Below are positions 1 to 9,238 of a stretch of 64,000 bases of DNA, in pieces; positions within the stretch are counted from its first letter, which is position 1, and each line of letters starts with the position of its first letter. Source of the DNA: a candidate division WOR-3 bacterium (lineage in GTDB: Bacteria > Hydrothermota > UBA3073); the NCBI GenBank assembly GCA_023129165.1, contig JAGMCL010000111.1:201-64200 (forward strand), in the 5' to 3' direction. The notes beneath the pieces are model-generated. The model had not been told where the DNA came from. It saw nothing but the letters and a program-made list of their open reading frames with translations, and searched no databases. Both the position numbers and the translations under genes were made by a program.

Positions 1-18
1 ATCCGATGATTTTTTTAC

Positions 19-47
19 TTGACTTTTCTCACATACAGTGTTATAAT
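19..47 (+). promoter_or_regulatory. Sigma70-type promoter (TTGACT-17-TATAAT)
   Basis: TTGACT 19-24, 17-bp spacer, TATAAT 42-47, upstream of the epimerase gene. Confidence 0.55.
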
Positions 48-177
48 TCTTGACATAGAAATACTCCATGGGAGGTACAAATATATTAAGGCGATATAAT
101 GTAAACCCACTTGAGCGGCAAATCTTTAAGAGGTAAATTAAAAATCATTCATAAATTATAATAGTAAGGTGGTTTAT

Positions 178-1215
178 ATGAAGGTATTAATTACTGGTGG
201 CAGCGGTTTCCTGGGAATAAATTTGATACGATATCTATTGGATAAAGGGATAAATAATATCATTTCTCTTGATCTTGTTGAATTTGATTACCCTGAAAAG
301 AATAAAATCAGGGCTATAGTTGGAGATATTCGGAACAAGGAAACTGTCAGGGAGATGATGAAGGATGTCGCTTTAGTAGTTCATTGTGCAGCTGCATTAC
401 CACTTTATTCAAAAGAGGAGATATTCTCGACTGATGTAGAGGGAACAAAAATTGTCCTAAAAGAGGCATTTAAAAACAATGTAGAAAGGTTTGTTCATAT
501 ATCCACAACTGCAGTTTATGGCATACCTGATCATCATCCATTATATGAGGATGATAGATTAGAAGGCGTTGGTCCATATGGGGAGGCAAAAATATTAGCT
601 GAAGAAGCCTGTCTTGAGTATAGAGATAAAGGGATGTGTATACCTATTTTACGACCAAAATCATTTGTTGGTCCTGAGAGATTAGGGGTTTTCGCTATTT
701 TTTATGAATGGGCAAAAGACGGCAGAAACTTTCCAATGATTGGAGATGGAAATAATCGATACCAATTACTTGATGTTGAAGACCTTTGTAAGGTCATTTA
801 TTTATGTTTAACTTTAGATAAAAACATTGTTAACAATACATATAATATTGGGGCTAAAGAATTTACAACAATGGGGGAAGATTATCAAGCAGTATTGAAT
901 TATGCGGGATTCGGAAAGAGAATGAAGACTTTTCCTGCTTTACCTGTAATCCTCACACTACGTTTTCTTGAGTTCTTGCATCTATCTCCATTATATAAAT
1001 GGATTTATGATACAGCATCAAAGGATTCTTTTGTATCTGTAATAAAGGCAGAAGAGAAATTAGGCTTTAAGCCAAAGTATTCTAATAAAGATGCATTAGT
1101 ACGGAATTTTAAATGGTATTTAGAAAATTATTGTACATTTAAGGATAGAACTGGAATATCCCACAGGATGCCATGGAAACAAAACGTTCTAAAACCACTT
1201 AAGATATTCTTCTAA
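178..1215 (+). CDS. NAD-dependent epimerase/dehydratase (extended SDR)
   Basis: TGGSGFLG Rossmann motif, HCAA, ISTTAVYG and YGEAK (YxxxK); start placed at MKVLITGG. Confidence 0.9.
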   Translation: MKVLITGGSGFLGINLIRYLLDKGINNIISLDLVEFDYPEKNKIRAIVGDIRNKETVREMMKDVALVVHCAAALPLYSKEEIFSTDVEGTKIVLKEAFKNNVERFVHISTTAVYGIPDHHPLYEDDRLEGVGPYGEAKILAEEACLEYRDKGMCIPILRPKSFVGPERLGVFAIFYEWAKDGRNFPMIGDGNNRYQLLDVEDLCKVIYLCLTLDKNIVNNTYNIGAKEFTTMGEDYQAVLNYAGFGKRMKTFPALPVILTLRFLEFLHLSPLYKWIYDTASKDSFVSVIKAEEKLGFKPKYSNKDALVRNFKWYLENYCTFKDRTGISHRMPWKQNVLKPLKIFF

Positions 1216-1280
1216 TTGGTATTTTATAAAATAGATGGGTTTTATGGTAAAATCCAAGACAAGTTTGTATAATTTATATT

Positions 1281-2177
1281 ATGGATAGCACAATCCCACA
1301 TCTTGGTGAAATTTTTTCTCTATTAGCTGCAGTATCCTGGGGTATTGCAGTTGTACTTTTTAAAAAGAGTGGTGAAACGGTTCACCCTGTTGCACTAAAT
1401 CTATACAAGAATGTATTAGCCGTACTACTATTTATTCCTACGATGTGGTTATTTAAGGAAATGTTTATACCACAACTTAGTTTAGGAGATTACTTATTGC
1501 TATTGCTTAGTGGAGCAATTGGTATAGGAGTTGGTGACACCTTACTATTTAAAAGTTTGAACCTGATTGGTGCAGGTTTACATTCAATAGTAGATTGTCT
1601 GTATAGTCCTTCTATTATTGGGTTATCCATGATCTTCCTTGGTGAGCGCCTCTCCGTTTTACAGATATTTGGTGCGGTAATAATTATTTCATCTGTATTA
1701 CTCATAACTCGCGAGAAGAGACATACTGAGGTCAGTCGTCGTAACCTTATACGGGGAATAGTCTTGGGAGTACTTGCTGTGTTATGCATAGCCGTTGGAA
1801 TTGTTATGATAAAACCAATAATAGGACGTTCTCCACTGTTGTGGGCTATAGAAGTTAGGTTGTTAGGAGGTGTGCTATTTTTATGTCTGATTCTCGTTTT
1901 TAATTCATCACGCCGAAGGATTGTTTCTACTCTGATTTCAGCGAGAGGATGGGGTTATACATTTGCCAGCTCATTTTTTGGAGCCTATCTTGCTATGTTT
2001 TTCTGGTTGGCTGGAATGAAATTAACCCAGGCTTCTATTGCATCAGCACTAAACCAGACCAGTAACGTTTTTGTGTTTATCTTTGCAGCCATTTTTCTCA
2101 AGGAACCAATTAATTTACTGCGAATTATGGCGATTATCATCGCTTTCGCAGGTATTTATATGGTATTCTTTGGATAG
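1281..2177 (+). CDS. DMT/EamA family transporter
   Basis: About 10 hydrophobic helices in two EamA repeats; IFLGERL and IFLKEPI motifs. Confidence 0.9.
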   Translation: MDSTIPHLGEIFSLLAAVSWGIAVVLFKKSGETVHPVALNLYKNVLAVLLFIPTMWLFKEMFIPQLSLGDYLLLLLSGAIGIGVGDTLLFKSLNLIGAGLHSIVDCLYSPSIIGLSMIFLGERLSVLQIFGAVIIISSVLLITREKRHTEVSRRNLIRGIVLGVLAVLCIAVGIVMIKPIIGRSPLLWAIEVRLLGGVLFLCLILVFNSSRRRIVSTLISARGWGYTFASSFFGAYLAMFFWLAGMKLTQASIASALNQTSNVFVFIFAAIFLKEPINLLRIMAIIIAFAGIYMVFFG

Positions 2178-2229
2178 TAGATTATAGAAGACAGTGATAT
2201 GAAAGAGATTGTTATTTAACAGGGACTTG

Positions 2230-2250
2230 CCTGCCCCGCTAAAGGCGGGG
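2230..2250 (+). repeat. CCTG-headed hairpin micro-element (21 bp)
   Basis: CCTG-CCCCGC-TAAAG-GCGGGG, a GC island in an AT-rich spacer; a related hairpin lies at 20319-20335. Confidence 0.6.
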
Positions 2251-2497
2251 TAAGAGACTTATTTATAAAAAGGTAATTTTTAAAATTACTGTTCGAGTCA
2301 ATAAATATAACAATAGACATCCTATAAAGATCAGGATATCTGATATCAATTACTTTCATATTTAAAGGCTTCTAAAATTCATATTGGATTATTAATTATC
2401 CGTTAGCTAACGGATTGGTAATAAAAGTTGTCAGGTAAAGAGATTTATATTTTAATCTGAGTAATCAGGTATAATGAACATTATACCAGGGGTTTTA

Positions 2498-2917
2498 ATG
2501 ATATACAGGAAATTTGGTGATAAATTTATTGTAAGGATTGATAGGGGAGAGGAGATAGTAGAGACACTAAAGCAATTTTGTATAGACCAGAGGATAAAAC
2601 TGGGTTCTATATATGGAATCGGGGCAACAAATAAGGTTACAATAGGACTTTTTGAAGTAGAGACTAAAAAATATCACTCAAATGAGCTGAAGGGAAATTA
2701 CGAGATAGCACCTCTGGTCGGTAATATAACAACAATGGATGGTGAGGTATATCTGCATATACATGTGAATTTATGTGACTATGAACACAGATCTTTTGGT
2801 GGACATCTTAATTCTGCAGTTGTAAGCGCAACCTTTGAATGTATTATTGATACAATAAACGGTGAGGTTGATAGAGAATTTGATGAGGAGATAGGATTGA
2901 ATATTTTGCGGTTATAG
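2498..2917 (+). CDS. PPC domain (DUF296) protein
   Basis: RIDRGEEI, GIGA, GNIT, HIH and GGHL motifs. Confidence 0.9.
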   Translation: MIYRKFGDKFIVRIDRGEEIVETLKQFCIDQRIKLGSIYGIGATNKVTIGLFEVETKKYHSNELKGNYEIAPLVGNITTMDGEVYLHIHVNLCDYEHRSFGGHLNSAVVSATFECIIDTINGEVDREFDEEIGLNILRL

Positions 2918-2928
2918 TATTCTAATCC

Positions 2929-3080
2929 TGTCATTGCGAGCCGTAGGCGAAGCAATCGCATTTTAGTGTTATTAGTAATAAATGATGAGATTGCCACGAC
3001 TTCACTTTGTTCAGTCTCGCAATGACGAAAAGTCGTAATGGGATTGCCACGACTTCACTTTGTTCAGTCTCGCAATGACA
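2929..3080. repeat. TGTCATTGCGAG...CTCGCAATGACA palindromic repeat element with duplicated right arm
   Basis: 12-bp terminal inverted repeat; arm GATTGCCACGACTTCACTTTGTTCAGTCTCGCAATGAC present twice (2989-3026 and 3042-3079); related arms near 37657 and 57126. Confidence 0.8.
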
Positions 3081-3097
3081 GATGTTTTATAATTGTT

Positions 3098-3574
3098 ATG
3101 AATAAAACAATGAAGATGAAAAGTCCTGAAAAAGATATAGAAAATGTTGTAATAAAGAAACTGACAACAGATGATTATGACTCTATGATAGAGTTGTGGG
3201 ATGATGTAGGACTTCCATATAAACCGCATGGTCGTGACAGTCGAGAGAGTATTAAGTACCAGTTACAGCAACCTACCTCTATCTATCTCGCAGCTTATAT
3301 ATGGAATAAAATGATCGGTGTAATCTGTGCAACCCATGATGGACGTAAAGGTTGGATAAACAGACTCGCTGTATTACCCAATTATCAGAAACGTGGTATA
3401 GCAAAAAGACTTGTATCAGAGGTGGAAAACCGTTTTTATAAACTTGGTATCCGTATATACGCATGTTTAATTGAGAATTGGAACACAGTTTCAATGGAAT
3501 TTTTTGAACATTTGGGATATAAAACATATAAAGATATATTCTACCTGACTAAAAGAATAGAACCAGAAATATAA
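3098..3574 (+). CDS. GNAT family acetyltransferase (YpeA-like)
   Basis: THDGRKGWINRLAV and QKRGIA acetyl-CoA motifs; the longer ORF-track start (3038) lies inside the repeat element, so the exact start is uncertain. Confidence 0.88.
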   Translation: MNKTMKMKSPEKDIENVVIKKLTTDDYDSMIELWDDVGLPYKPHGRDSRESIKYQLQQPTSIYLAAYIWNKMIGVICATHDGRKGWINRLAVLPNYQKRGIAKRLVSEVENRFYKLGIRIYACLIENWNTVSMEFFEHLGYKTYKDIFYLTKRIEPEI

Positions 3575-3625
3575 TATTTTTATGACAGGCAAATTAAAAA
3601 CGAAAATCATTACCCGGTTGTAAAT

Positions 3626-3853
3626 ATGCTGACTGTAAAATGTGCCAGATGCAAGAAGAGAGTATTCAAATATTTAAAATTTGGTAAAGGTAAATTGCTG
3701 CACTGCTGGAAGGGAAAAATTATCAGGGATTATAGTGTTCATGATGGTAGAGAAGTAAAGTGTCAGTGTGGTAATCTAATTGGTATTGATGAAGGCAAGT
3801 GGATAAAGATGAAACCGCACTCATTTATATGTTCGGGTGCAAAATTTAGATAA
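3626..3853 (+). CDS. Small cysteine-rich (zinc-ribbon-like) protein
   Basis: CARC, HC and CQCG motifs, 75 aa, co-oriented with neighbours. Confidence 0.7.
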   Translation: MLTVKCARCKKRVFKYLKFGKGKLLHCWKGKIIRDYSVHDGREVKCQCGNLIGIDEGKWIKMKPHSFICSGAKFR

Positions 3854-3948
3854 ATGTCTTCTTCTGTGTAAACGTTTTTGAATTTCCTTGACTTTCTCTA
3901 CGTTTGGTGTTATAATAAAACAGAGGACTAAATTTTTCAAAGATAAGT

Positions 3949-4551
3949 ATGGAAAATATTACTTTTTTAAATTCTACAATGTACACGTGGATTATACTTC
4001 CCTTGCTTATTTTGATTGCAAGAATCCTGGATGTAAGCATGGGAACAATACGTGTTATACTCATGGCGAAAGGGGTTAAATTTCTTTCTGCCTTAATAGG
4101 TTTCTTTGAGGTTTTAATATGGCTTCTTGCAATCGGACAGATAATGAAAAATTTGGACAATGTAGTATGTTATTTAGCCTATGGTGGTGGTTTTGCACTG
4201 GGAACTTATCTTGGTATATTAATAGAAGAAAAATTGTCGATTGGAATGGTAATTATTCGAATTATTACCCAGAAGGATGCAACAGAATTGATAAATTATC
4301 TTCAATTAAAAGGCTTTGGAGTTACTCGTGTGGATGCTGAGGGTGCCTATGGTGATGTAAAGATTCTATTTACAATAGTAAGACGTCATGATATTCGTAA
4401 CATTGCAGAAGTTATCCAGAAGTTTAACCCAAAGGCATTTTATTCAGTAGAAGATATAAGATTTGTAAGTGAGGGTATATTTCGTCCTAAAGAACGACAA
4501 TATAGTAAAATTTGTCTGAGAATATTCAGAAGGCATAGAAAGGGGAAATAA
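3949..4551 (+). CDS. UPF0316/DUF2179 family membrane protein
   Basis: ARILDVSMGTIR, GFFEVLIW, GGFALGTYLG and C-terminal GVT..GAYG..PKAF. Confidence 0.88.
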   Translation: MENITFLNSTMYTWIILPLLILIARILDVSMGTIRVILMAKGVKFLSALIGFFEVLIWLLAIGQIMKNLDNVVCYLAYGGGFALGTYLGILIEEKLSIGMVIIRIITQKDATELINYLQLKGFGVTRVDAEGAYGDVKILFTIVRRHDIRNIAEVIQKFNPKAFYSVEDIRFVSEGIFRPKERQYSKICLRIFRRHRKGK

Positions 4552-4582
4552 TGTGTGGTTAATTTTATAACAAGGAGAGAAT

Positions 4583-5209
4583 ATGTGTAGATATGTAAAA
4601 GTATCCATCCTTATTATAGTTCTATTTCTAATAAGTGGATGCGGGCCCAGAGTGATGGTTCCACCAGAAATAGATTTAACAGAATATGAGGTATTAGGGC
4701 TGATTGATTTTAGCTCTAACATGGAGGGAAATCATGATGAATACGCAACACAAAAGTTTATAGAGGCGATTACCGAAAACCAGAAAGGAATCCGTATCAT
4801 AGAGCTTGGTAGTGAAGATGAAATTCTTGAATCCTTAAATCAGGAAAAAATCAATTCAAAGGCTGTTAAGGTTATCGGAGAACAATATAATGTAAAAACC
4901 GTGATTATTGGCGATCTGGATATATCAAATGTTAGACCAAAGATCGATATTTTAAGTTTAACCAAATATATGAGTTTTAGTGCTGAGGTGAAGGCTTCAT
5001 TATCAGTAAGGTTATTAGAAACTAATAGTGGTGCAACAATCTGGACAAGTTCTTCACAGGACGAAGCTGATGTTGCTCATGTCAGTATAATTTCTGGTAA
5101 TTTATTTAGTTTCGATGCAACTGACCCTGATGAAGCATATGGAGATTTAATTGATGAGTTAGTAAGAGATGTAACAAAAGATTTTAGAGTTACATACAAA
5201 AGGATGTAA
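4583..5209 (+). CDS. Lipoprotein, CsgG/TolB-N-like fold
   Basis: Lipobox ISGC; VRLLETNSGATIW motif. Confidence 0.7.
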   Translation: MCRYVKVSILIIVLFLISGCGPRVMVPPEIDLTEYEVLGLIDFSSNMEGNHDEYATQKFIEAITENQKGIRIIELGSEDEILESLNQEKINSKAVKVIGEQYNVKTVIIGDLDISNVRPKIDILSLTKYMSFSAEVKASLSVRLLETNSGATIWTSSSQDEADVAHVSIISGNLFSFDATDPDEAYGDLIDELVRDVTKDFRVTYKRM

Positions 5210-5229
5210 ATAAGCATGTAAAAAATATT

Positions 5230-6357
5230 ATGTTTACAAGGATTATTTTCTTATCAGGATTAATTTTTTTGAGCCTTGCGGGCTATACAAAAGGAAATGA
5301 GGCTATCTTCCCTGACCTGACCGGACAGGAACTTCTTGATAGCCTGATATACTATTATAAAACAGATACAGTATTACCTTACAGCATAGCAAGAGATACG
5401 TTATTTGCAAATGTTTACCAACATAACGATAGCTTAACGTGTGTATACTCCGGATATACAATCTATTTAGACCCACAAGAAGACCCGACACAAGATGCCT
5501 ATAGTAAGGGCATTGACACTGAACACACATGGCCTCAGAGCAAAGGTTCAGTTGGTCAGGCTAAGAGTGATATGTTTCACCTGTATCCAACCAGAGTAGT
5601 GGTTAATTCTTCCAGAGGAAATGACCCCTTTGCTGAAATCCCTGATCCAGATACGGATAAATGGTTTCGTCTGGATTATTATTTAACTACCATTCCTACA
5701 GAGTTTATCGACGAGTACAGTGAAAAGGATGAAGATGCGAATCTATTTGAACCGCGTGAAGATCATAAGGGGAATGTAGCTCGTGCTATGTTTTATTTCT
5801 ATACTATGTATAAGCGGCAGGCTGACAGCCTTGATCCAGAATATTTCGGGTTACAAAAGGATGTATTATACCAATGGCATCTTACTGATACAGTTGATTC
5901 AATGGAACGGATTAGAAATGATTTGATTGCATCTTATCAGGGAGATAAAAAAAATCCCTATATTTTAGATTCTTCACTTGTCAGACGGGCATATTTTTAT
6001 GAATCTACAGTGGTAACAGGTGATTATAAATTGCTTACAAATGACATAATATTAGAACAGAATTATCCAAATCCATTCAGTACAGAGACAGTTATTACTT
6101 TGGAGTGCATCAACATGGTTGATGCAGCTGTGACATGGTCACAGCACTCCATAAATATCTACGACCTCACTGGTCGACTCATCCGCACCATCCCTCTTAA
6201 TCTGTGTAATCCCAATAAATCCGTGCAATCTGTGATTTGGGATGGGAGAGATAACTCTGGAGAGAATGTTCCCGGTGGAGTATATTTTTATAGACTTAAC
6301 ATTGATGGAGATAACAATAGATTTACACAGACAAAGACGATGATACTATTAAGATAA
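5230..6357 (+). CDS. Secreted endonuclease I (HNH-type) with T9SS/FlgD-like C-terminal domain
   Basis: Signal peptide; EHTWPQS, DMFHLYP, VNSSRGN, EPREDHKGNVARAMFY; CTD NYPNPF..IYD..G..GVYF. Confidence 0.9.
   Translation: MFTRIIFLSGLIFLSLAGYTKGNEAIFPDLTGQELLDSLIYYYKTDTVLPYSIARDTLFANVYQHNDSLTCVYSGYTIYLDPQEDPTQDAYSKGIDTEHTWPQSKGSVGQAKSDMFHLYPTRVVVNSSRGNDPFAEIPDPDTDKWFRLDYYLTTIPTEFIDEYSEKDEDANLFEPREDHKGNVARAMFYFYTMYKRQADSLDPEYFGLQKDVLYQWHLTDTVDSMERIRNDLIASYQGDKKNPYILDSSLVRRAYFYESTVVTGDYKLLTNDIILEQNYPNPFSTETVITLECINMVDAAVTWSQHSINIYDLTGRLIRTIPLNLCNPNKSVQSVIWDGRDNSGENVPGGVYFYRLNIDGDNNRFTQTKTMILLR
6101..6151. repeat. In-frame 51-bp palindromic element inside a T9SS CTD (copy 1)
   Basis: TGGAGTGC...GCACTCCA with two internal hairpins; near-identical copy at 9858-9908. 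Confidence 0.8.
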
Positions 6358-6656
6358 TGTTATTCAGATATATGATAGTTTTTTATCTTTTTTCTTGACT
6401 TTTAGCACATTTTGAATTATAATAAATATACATACATCTGAATTGTAGTAATAGAATAATACCTCGAGATTGCTTCGATAATTGTAGTACTCCACATAGC
6501 ATTCCAACCAGAAATAAGAGTGGCTTCAATAAGATAAAATTAATAAACCGCATATAGATAATCAGATTATAGTTCTCCAACTCTTATTCCTTCAGTGTTG
6601 TATGTCCTAATTCAACAAACTTCAAAATAGATAAATTCATTGAAAATTTATAAGAT

Positions 6657-8678
6657 ATGAAAAAGCTAATCGAGATACTTTGTGTAATTTTGCTTACAAG
6701 TAGCAATTTAATAGGGAATATTTACGCAAAATCCCAAGAAGTATATCTATTACCATCTCAACAGGGTGAACCGAGTAAAGTGATGTCTGTAGATAGGCTT
6801 TCAGCACATTCGCTAATACAGTATGATTGTGGAGAAAGTAGTCATTACCTAACTGATATCCTTCCTTGTGATACTATCGGGGTATTATTTGTTCCACCTT
6901 TCCCCTGCTCTCTTATTGAAGTTCATTTCTGTAGATATAAAAGGTTTGAGAATACACCCGACATATATTATGGTATTGTTGCTGATGTTCCTGATAGTGT
7001 AATACCTGAATCTTATGGGGAGTATCGTGATTCTACATCTATACCTGGTCCAAGCCCAATAGGTAATTTTTACCTGAGACCTGCTGCTATGGAGTTACCA
7101 TACACAGTAGGTTTTCACTGGGATACTCTCGTTATTCCAGGACAGCCAAATATAGACCAAAAGCTATTCTGGGCTGGGTATACAATTGAAGACACCTGCC
7201 ATTCAACGAGGGTAGATTTAAATGTTCCTCCTCCCTTTCATGCAATATGCTGGAGGCAAAGTGGTGCAGGACCCGAAACTAATGGTCCAGGATGGTATTC
7301 TTCATCTGATCTCTTCTGGATACGAGCACTTGTTAAATTCTATGGTCAGAACTATACTGGGGTTTCTGTTGAGAAATTAAAGAGTACATACGATACTCAC
7401 GATAGAATTGTTCATATCTATTCCTGGGATTACAATGAAGATTCGGCTGGTGTAGGATTTTATCCAGATTCAGCATTTCTATATTATTCTATAAATGAAT
7501 GTAATACTTTTAGAGTATCTCTTATACAAGATTCTGTTTATAACCCTGATCCATATTCCGAAGATGCCTGGTGGCATGCTATTATTCCTGGTCAGAGACC
7601 AGAGGTAAAAGTTACTTATTGGGTAGAACTTAAGTATAGAAGTGAGCTAAGACCTATATACATAACCCGATCATACTGGTATAAAGTAAAAAGAGGTAGA
7701 GATGACAATGGTCTCCTATACATTGAGGGTGATGAGGTTTGGGGTGGTGATGTGCACAATGCATTTGTAGGTCTACCCTGGGACATATGGTATGAAGCAG
7801 TTGATGGTGTTCCCGATAATACAGTGACAGATTTCTATGCCTTCGGTCCTGGTGGGCGGGCAATTTCCTGGCTTTCTTTAGCCGGAGTTACCTTTGCCAA
7901 TCCGTATGAGCCTGGTTGGTCTCATACTCAAGTGTTTAGGGACTTTATGGATTGTGGTAGTACTTTATTAGTCTCGGGTCAGGATATACCAGGTGGCGGC
8001 TATGGTCTCGGTTATGGCGACTGGGTCGCACCCCCATCACCACACCCGTTGAGGGATTATCTGAAGGCACACGCAGGAATAGACGATTACTTACTAACAT
8101 CTCCTTTCTTGGTCTTCGTCGATGCAACAGATGTGGTTACGATAGGCATGTCCGAAGAGATAACCATTGACTGTGGCTCTGTTATGCAGCCTACCCGGGT
8201 TGGAATATTCACAGACCTCGATCCCGCTTGTGTGCCTCTGTTCTTTGATGGTGAGGGCAATATTCTTGGATACAGGTATGAGTCAGCAAAGGGCTTTAGG
8301 GTTGTATTGCTCTACTTTCCCTTTCATGCAATAACAGATACGGATGAACAAGATATATTTATTGAAAACATAACTAACTGGTTTCCAGTGGGAGTGGAGA
8401 AAGAACCAGATGAATTCATATACGACCTTCCCATGGTCAGCCCGAATCCAATTTCAAGACCTACTATGATAAACTTCACCATGCCTAAAAACGAGCATGT
8501 ATCAATTAAAATATACGATGTAACAGGTTCGTTTATTAAAACACTTGCAAATGAAAGATTTAACGCAGGAAATCATACTCTTAAAATAAACACAGATGAA
8601 CTTATATCAGGTGTCTATTTCCTTAAAATGGATGTAGGTGAGTTTTCAGAAGTGAGGAAGTTTTTGGTTGTAAAATAG
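6657..8678 (+). CDS. Secreted protein with T9SS C-terminal domain, function unknown
   Basis: Signal peptide; C-terminal SPNP..IKIYDVTG..SGVYF..RKFLVVK; an SGQDI-containing domain is shared with 48283..53418. Confidence 0.85.
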   Translation: MKKLIEILCVILLTSSNLIGNIYAKSQEVYLLPSQQGEPSKVMSVDRLSAHSLIQYDCGESSHYLTDILPCDTIGVLFVPPFPCSLIEVHFCRYKRFENTPDIYYGIVADVPDSVIPESYGEYRDSTSIPGPSPIGNFYLRPAAMELPYTVGFHWDTLVIPGQPNIDQKLFWAGYTIEDTCHSTRVDLNVPPPFHAICWRQSGAGPETNGPGWYSSSDLFWIRALVKFYGQNYTGVSVEKLKSTYDTHDRIVHIYSWDYNEDSAGVGFYPDSAFLYYSINECNTFRVSLIQDSVYNPDPYSEDAWWHAIIPGQRPEVKVTYWVELKYRSELRPIYITRSYWYKVKRGRDDNGLLYIEGDEVWGGDVHNAFVGLPWDIWYEAVDGVPDNTVTDFYAFGPGGRAISWLSLAGVTFANPYEPGWSHTQVFRDFMDCGSTLLVSGQDIPGGGYGLGYGDWVAPPSPHPLRDYLKAHAGIDDYLLTSPFLVFVDATDVVTIGMSEEITIDCGSVMQPTRVGIFTDLDPACVPLFFDGEGNILGYRYESAKGFRVVLLYFPFHAITDTDEQDIFIENITNWFPVGVEKEPDEFIYDLPMVSPNPISRPTMINFTMPKNEHVSIKIYDVTGSFIKTLANERFNAGNHTLKINTDELISGVYFLKMDVGEFSEVRKFLVVK

Positions 8679-8757
8679 AACCCCTTGTTGGGGTCAGACC
8701 CATAAATACAGGGTGGACTGAGTTAAGACTTTTTCTTTCATTCTTTTTATTTATAAC

Positions 8758-9149
8758 TATCCTGTATATCCAGTTAATCCAGTCAAGATTTTTCTTTTTT
8801 AGACAGGATATACAGGATGAACTGGATTTAATTATTTTTTTCTTTTAACAGAAAAAACTCTTTTTTATTTCAAATAATCATTATCCTGTCTATAGTGTTA
8901 ATCCTGTCAAATATGTCTTTTTTTAGACAGGATATACAGGATGAACGGGATTAAAATTTATTCATTTTGTCTTTTAAAATTATCCTGTATATCTTGCCTG
9001 CCCTGTAGTGATAATGTGCAGGGCCTGCCCTGTAGTGGTAATGTGCAGGGCCTGCCCTGTAGTGGTAATGTGCAGGGCCTGCCCTGTAGTGGTAATGTGC
9101 AGGGCCTGCCCTGTGCGAACGAAGTAATTTTACGGGGTTAATCCTGTCG
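8758..9149. repeat. Cluster of ATCCTGTATATCC-GTTAATCCTGTC-type repeats in alternating orientation
   Basis: Forward copies near 8759, 8882 and 8981-9149 (interrupted); reverse copies GACAGGATATACAGGATGAAC near 8802 and 8926. Confidence 0.75.
8997..9137 (+). repeat. Tandem array: four 27-bp CCTG-headed hairpin units plus one 33-bp variant
   Basis: CCTGCCCTGTAGTGRTAATGTGCAGGG at 8997, 9024, 9051 and 9078; variant unit 9105-9137. Confidence 0.92.
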
Positions 9150-9238
9150 AATAAAACAGTAAGTTATTTTTTTATACTGTTAAATCTTAGCCTGACCTCG
9201 TAAATGCTCCTTGTATAACAGACAAAAGGAGACATAGA

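Noticed and set aside
8997-9137. 27-bp direct repeats as a CRISPR array
   Set aside because: Units are head-to-tail with no unique spacers, and there are no cas genes in the window.
8941-9141. 66-aa ORF with LPCSGNVQG repeats as a RiPP precursor
   Set aside because: It is the translation of the 27-bp DNA repeat inside a non-coding repeat; no Shine-Dalgarno sequence and no modifying enzymes nearby.
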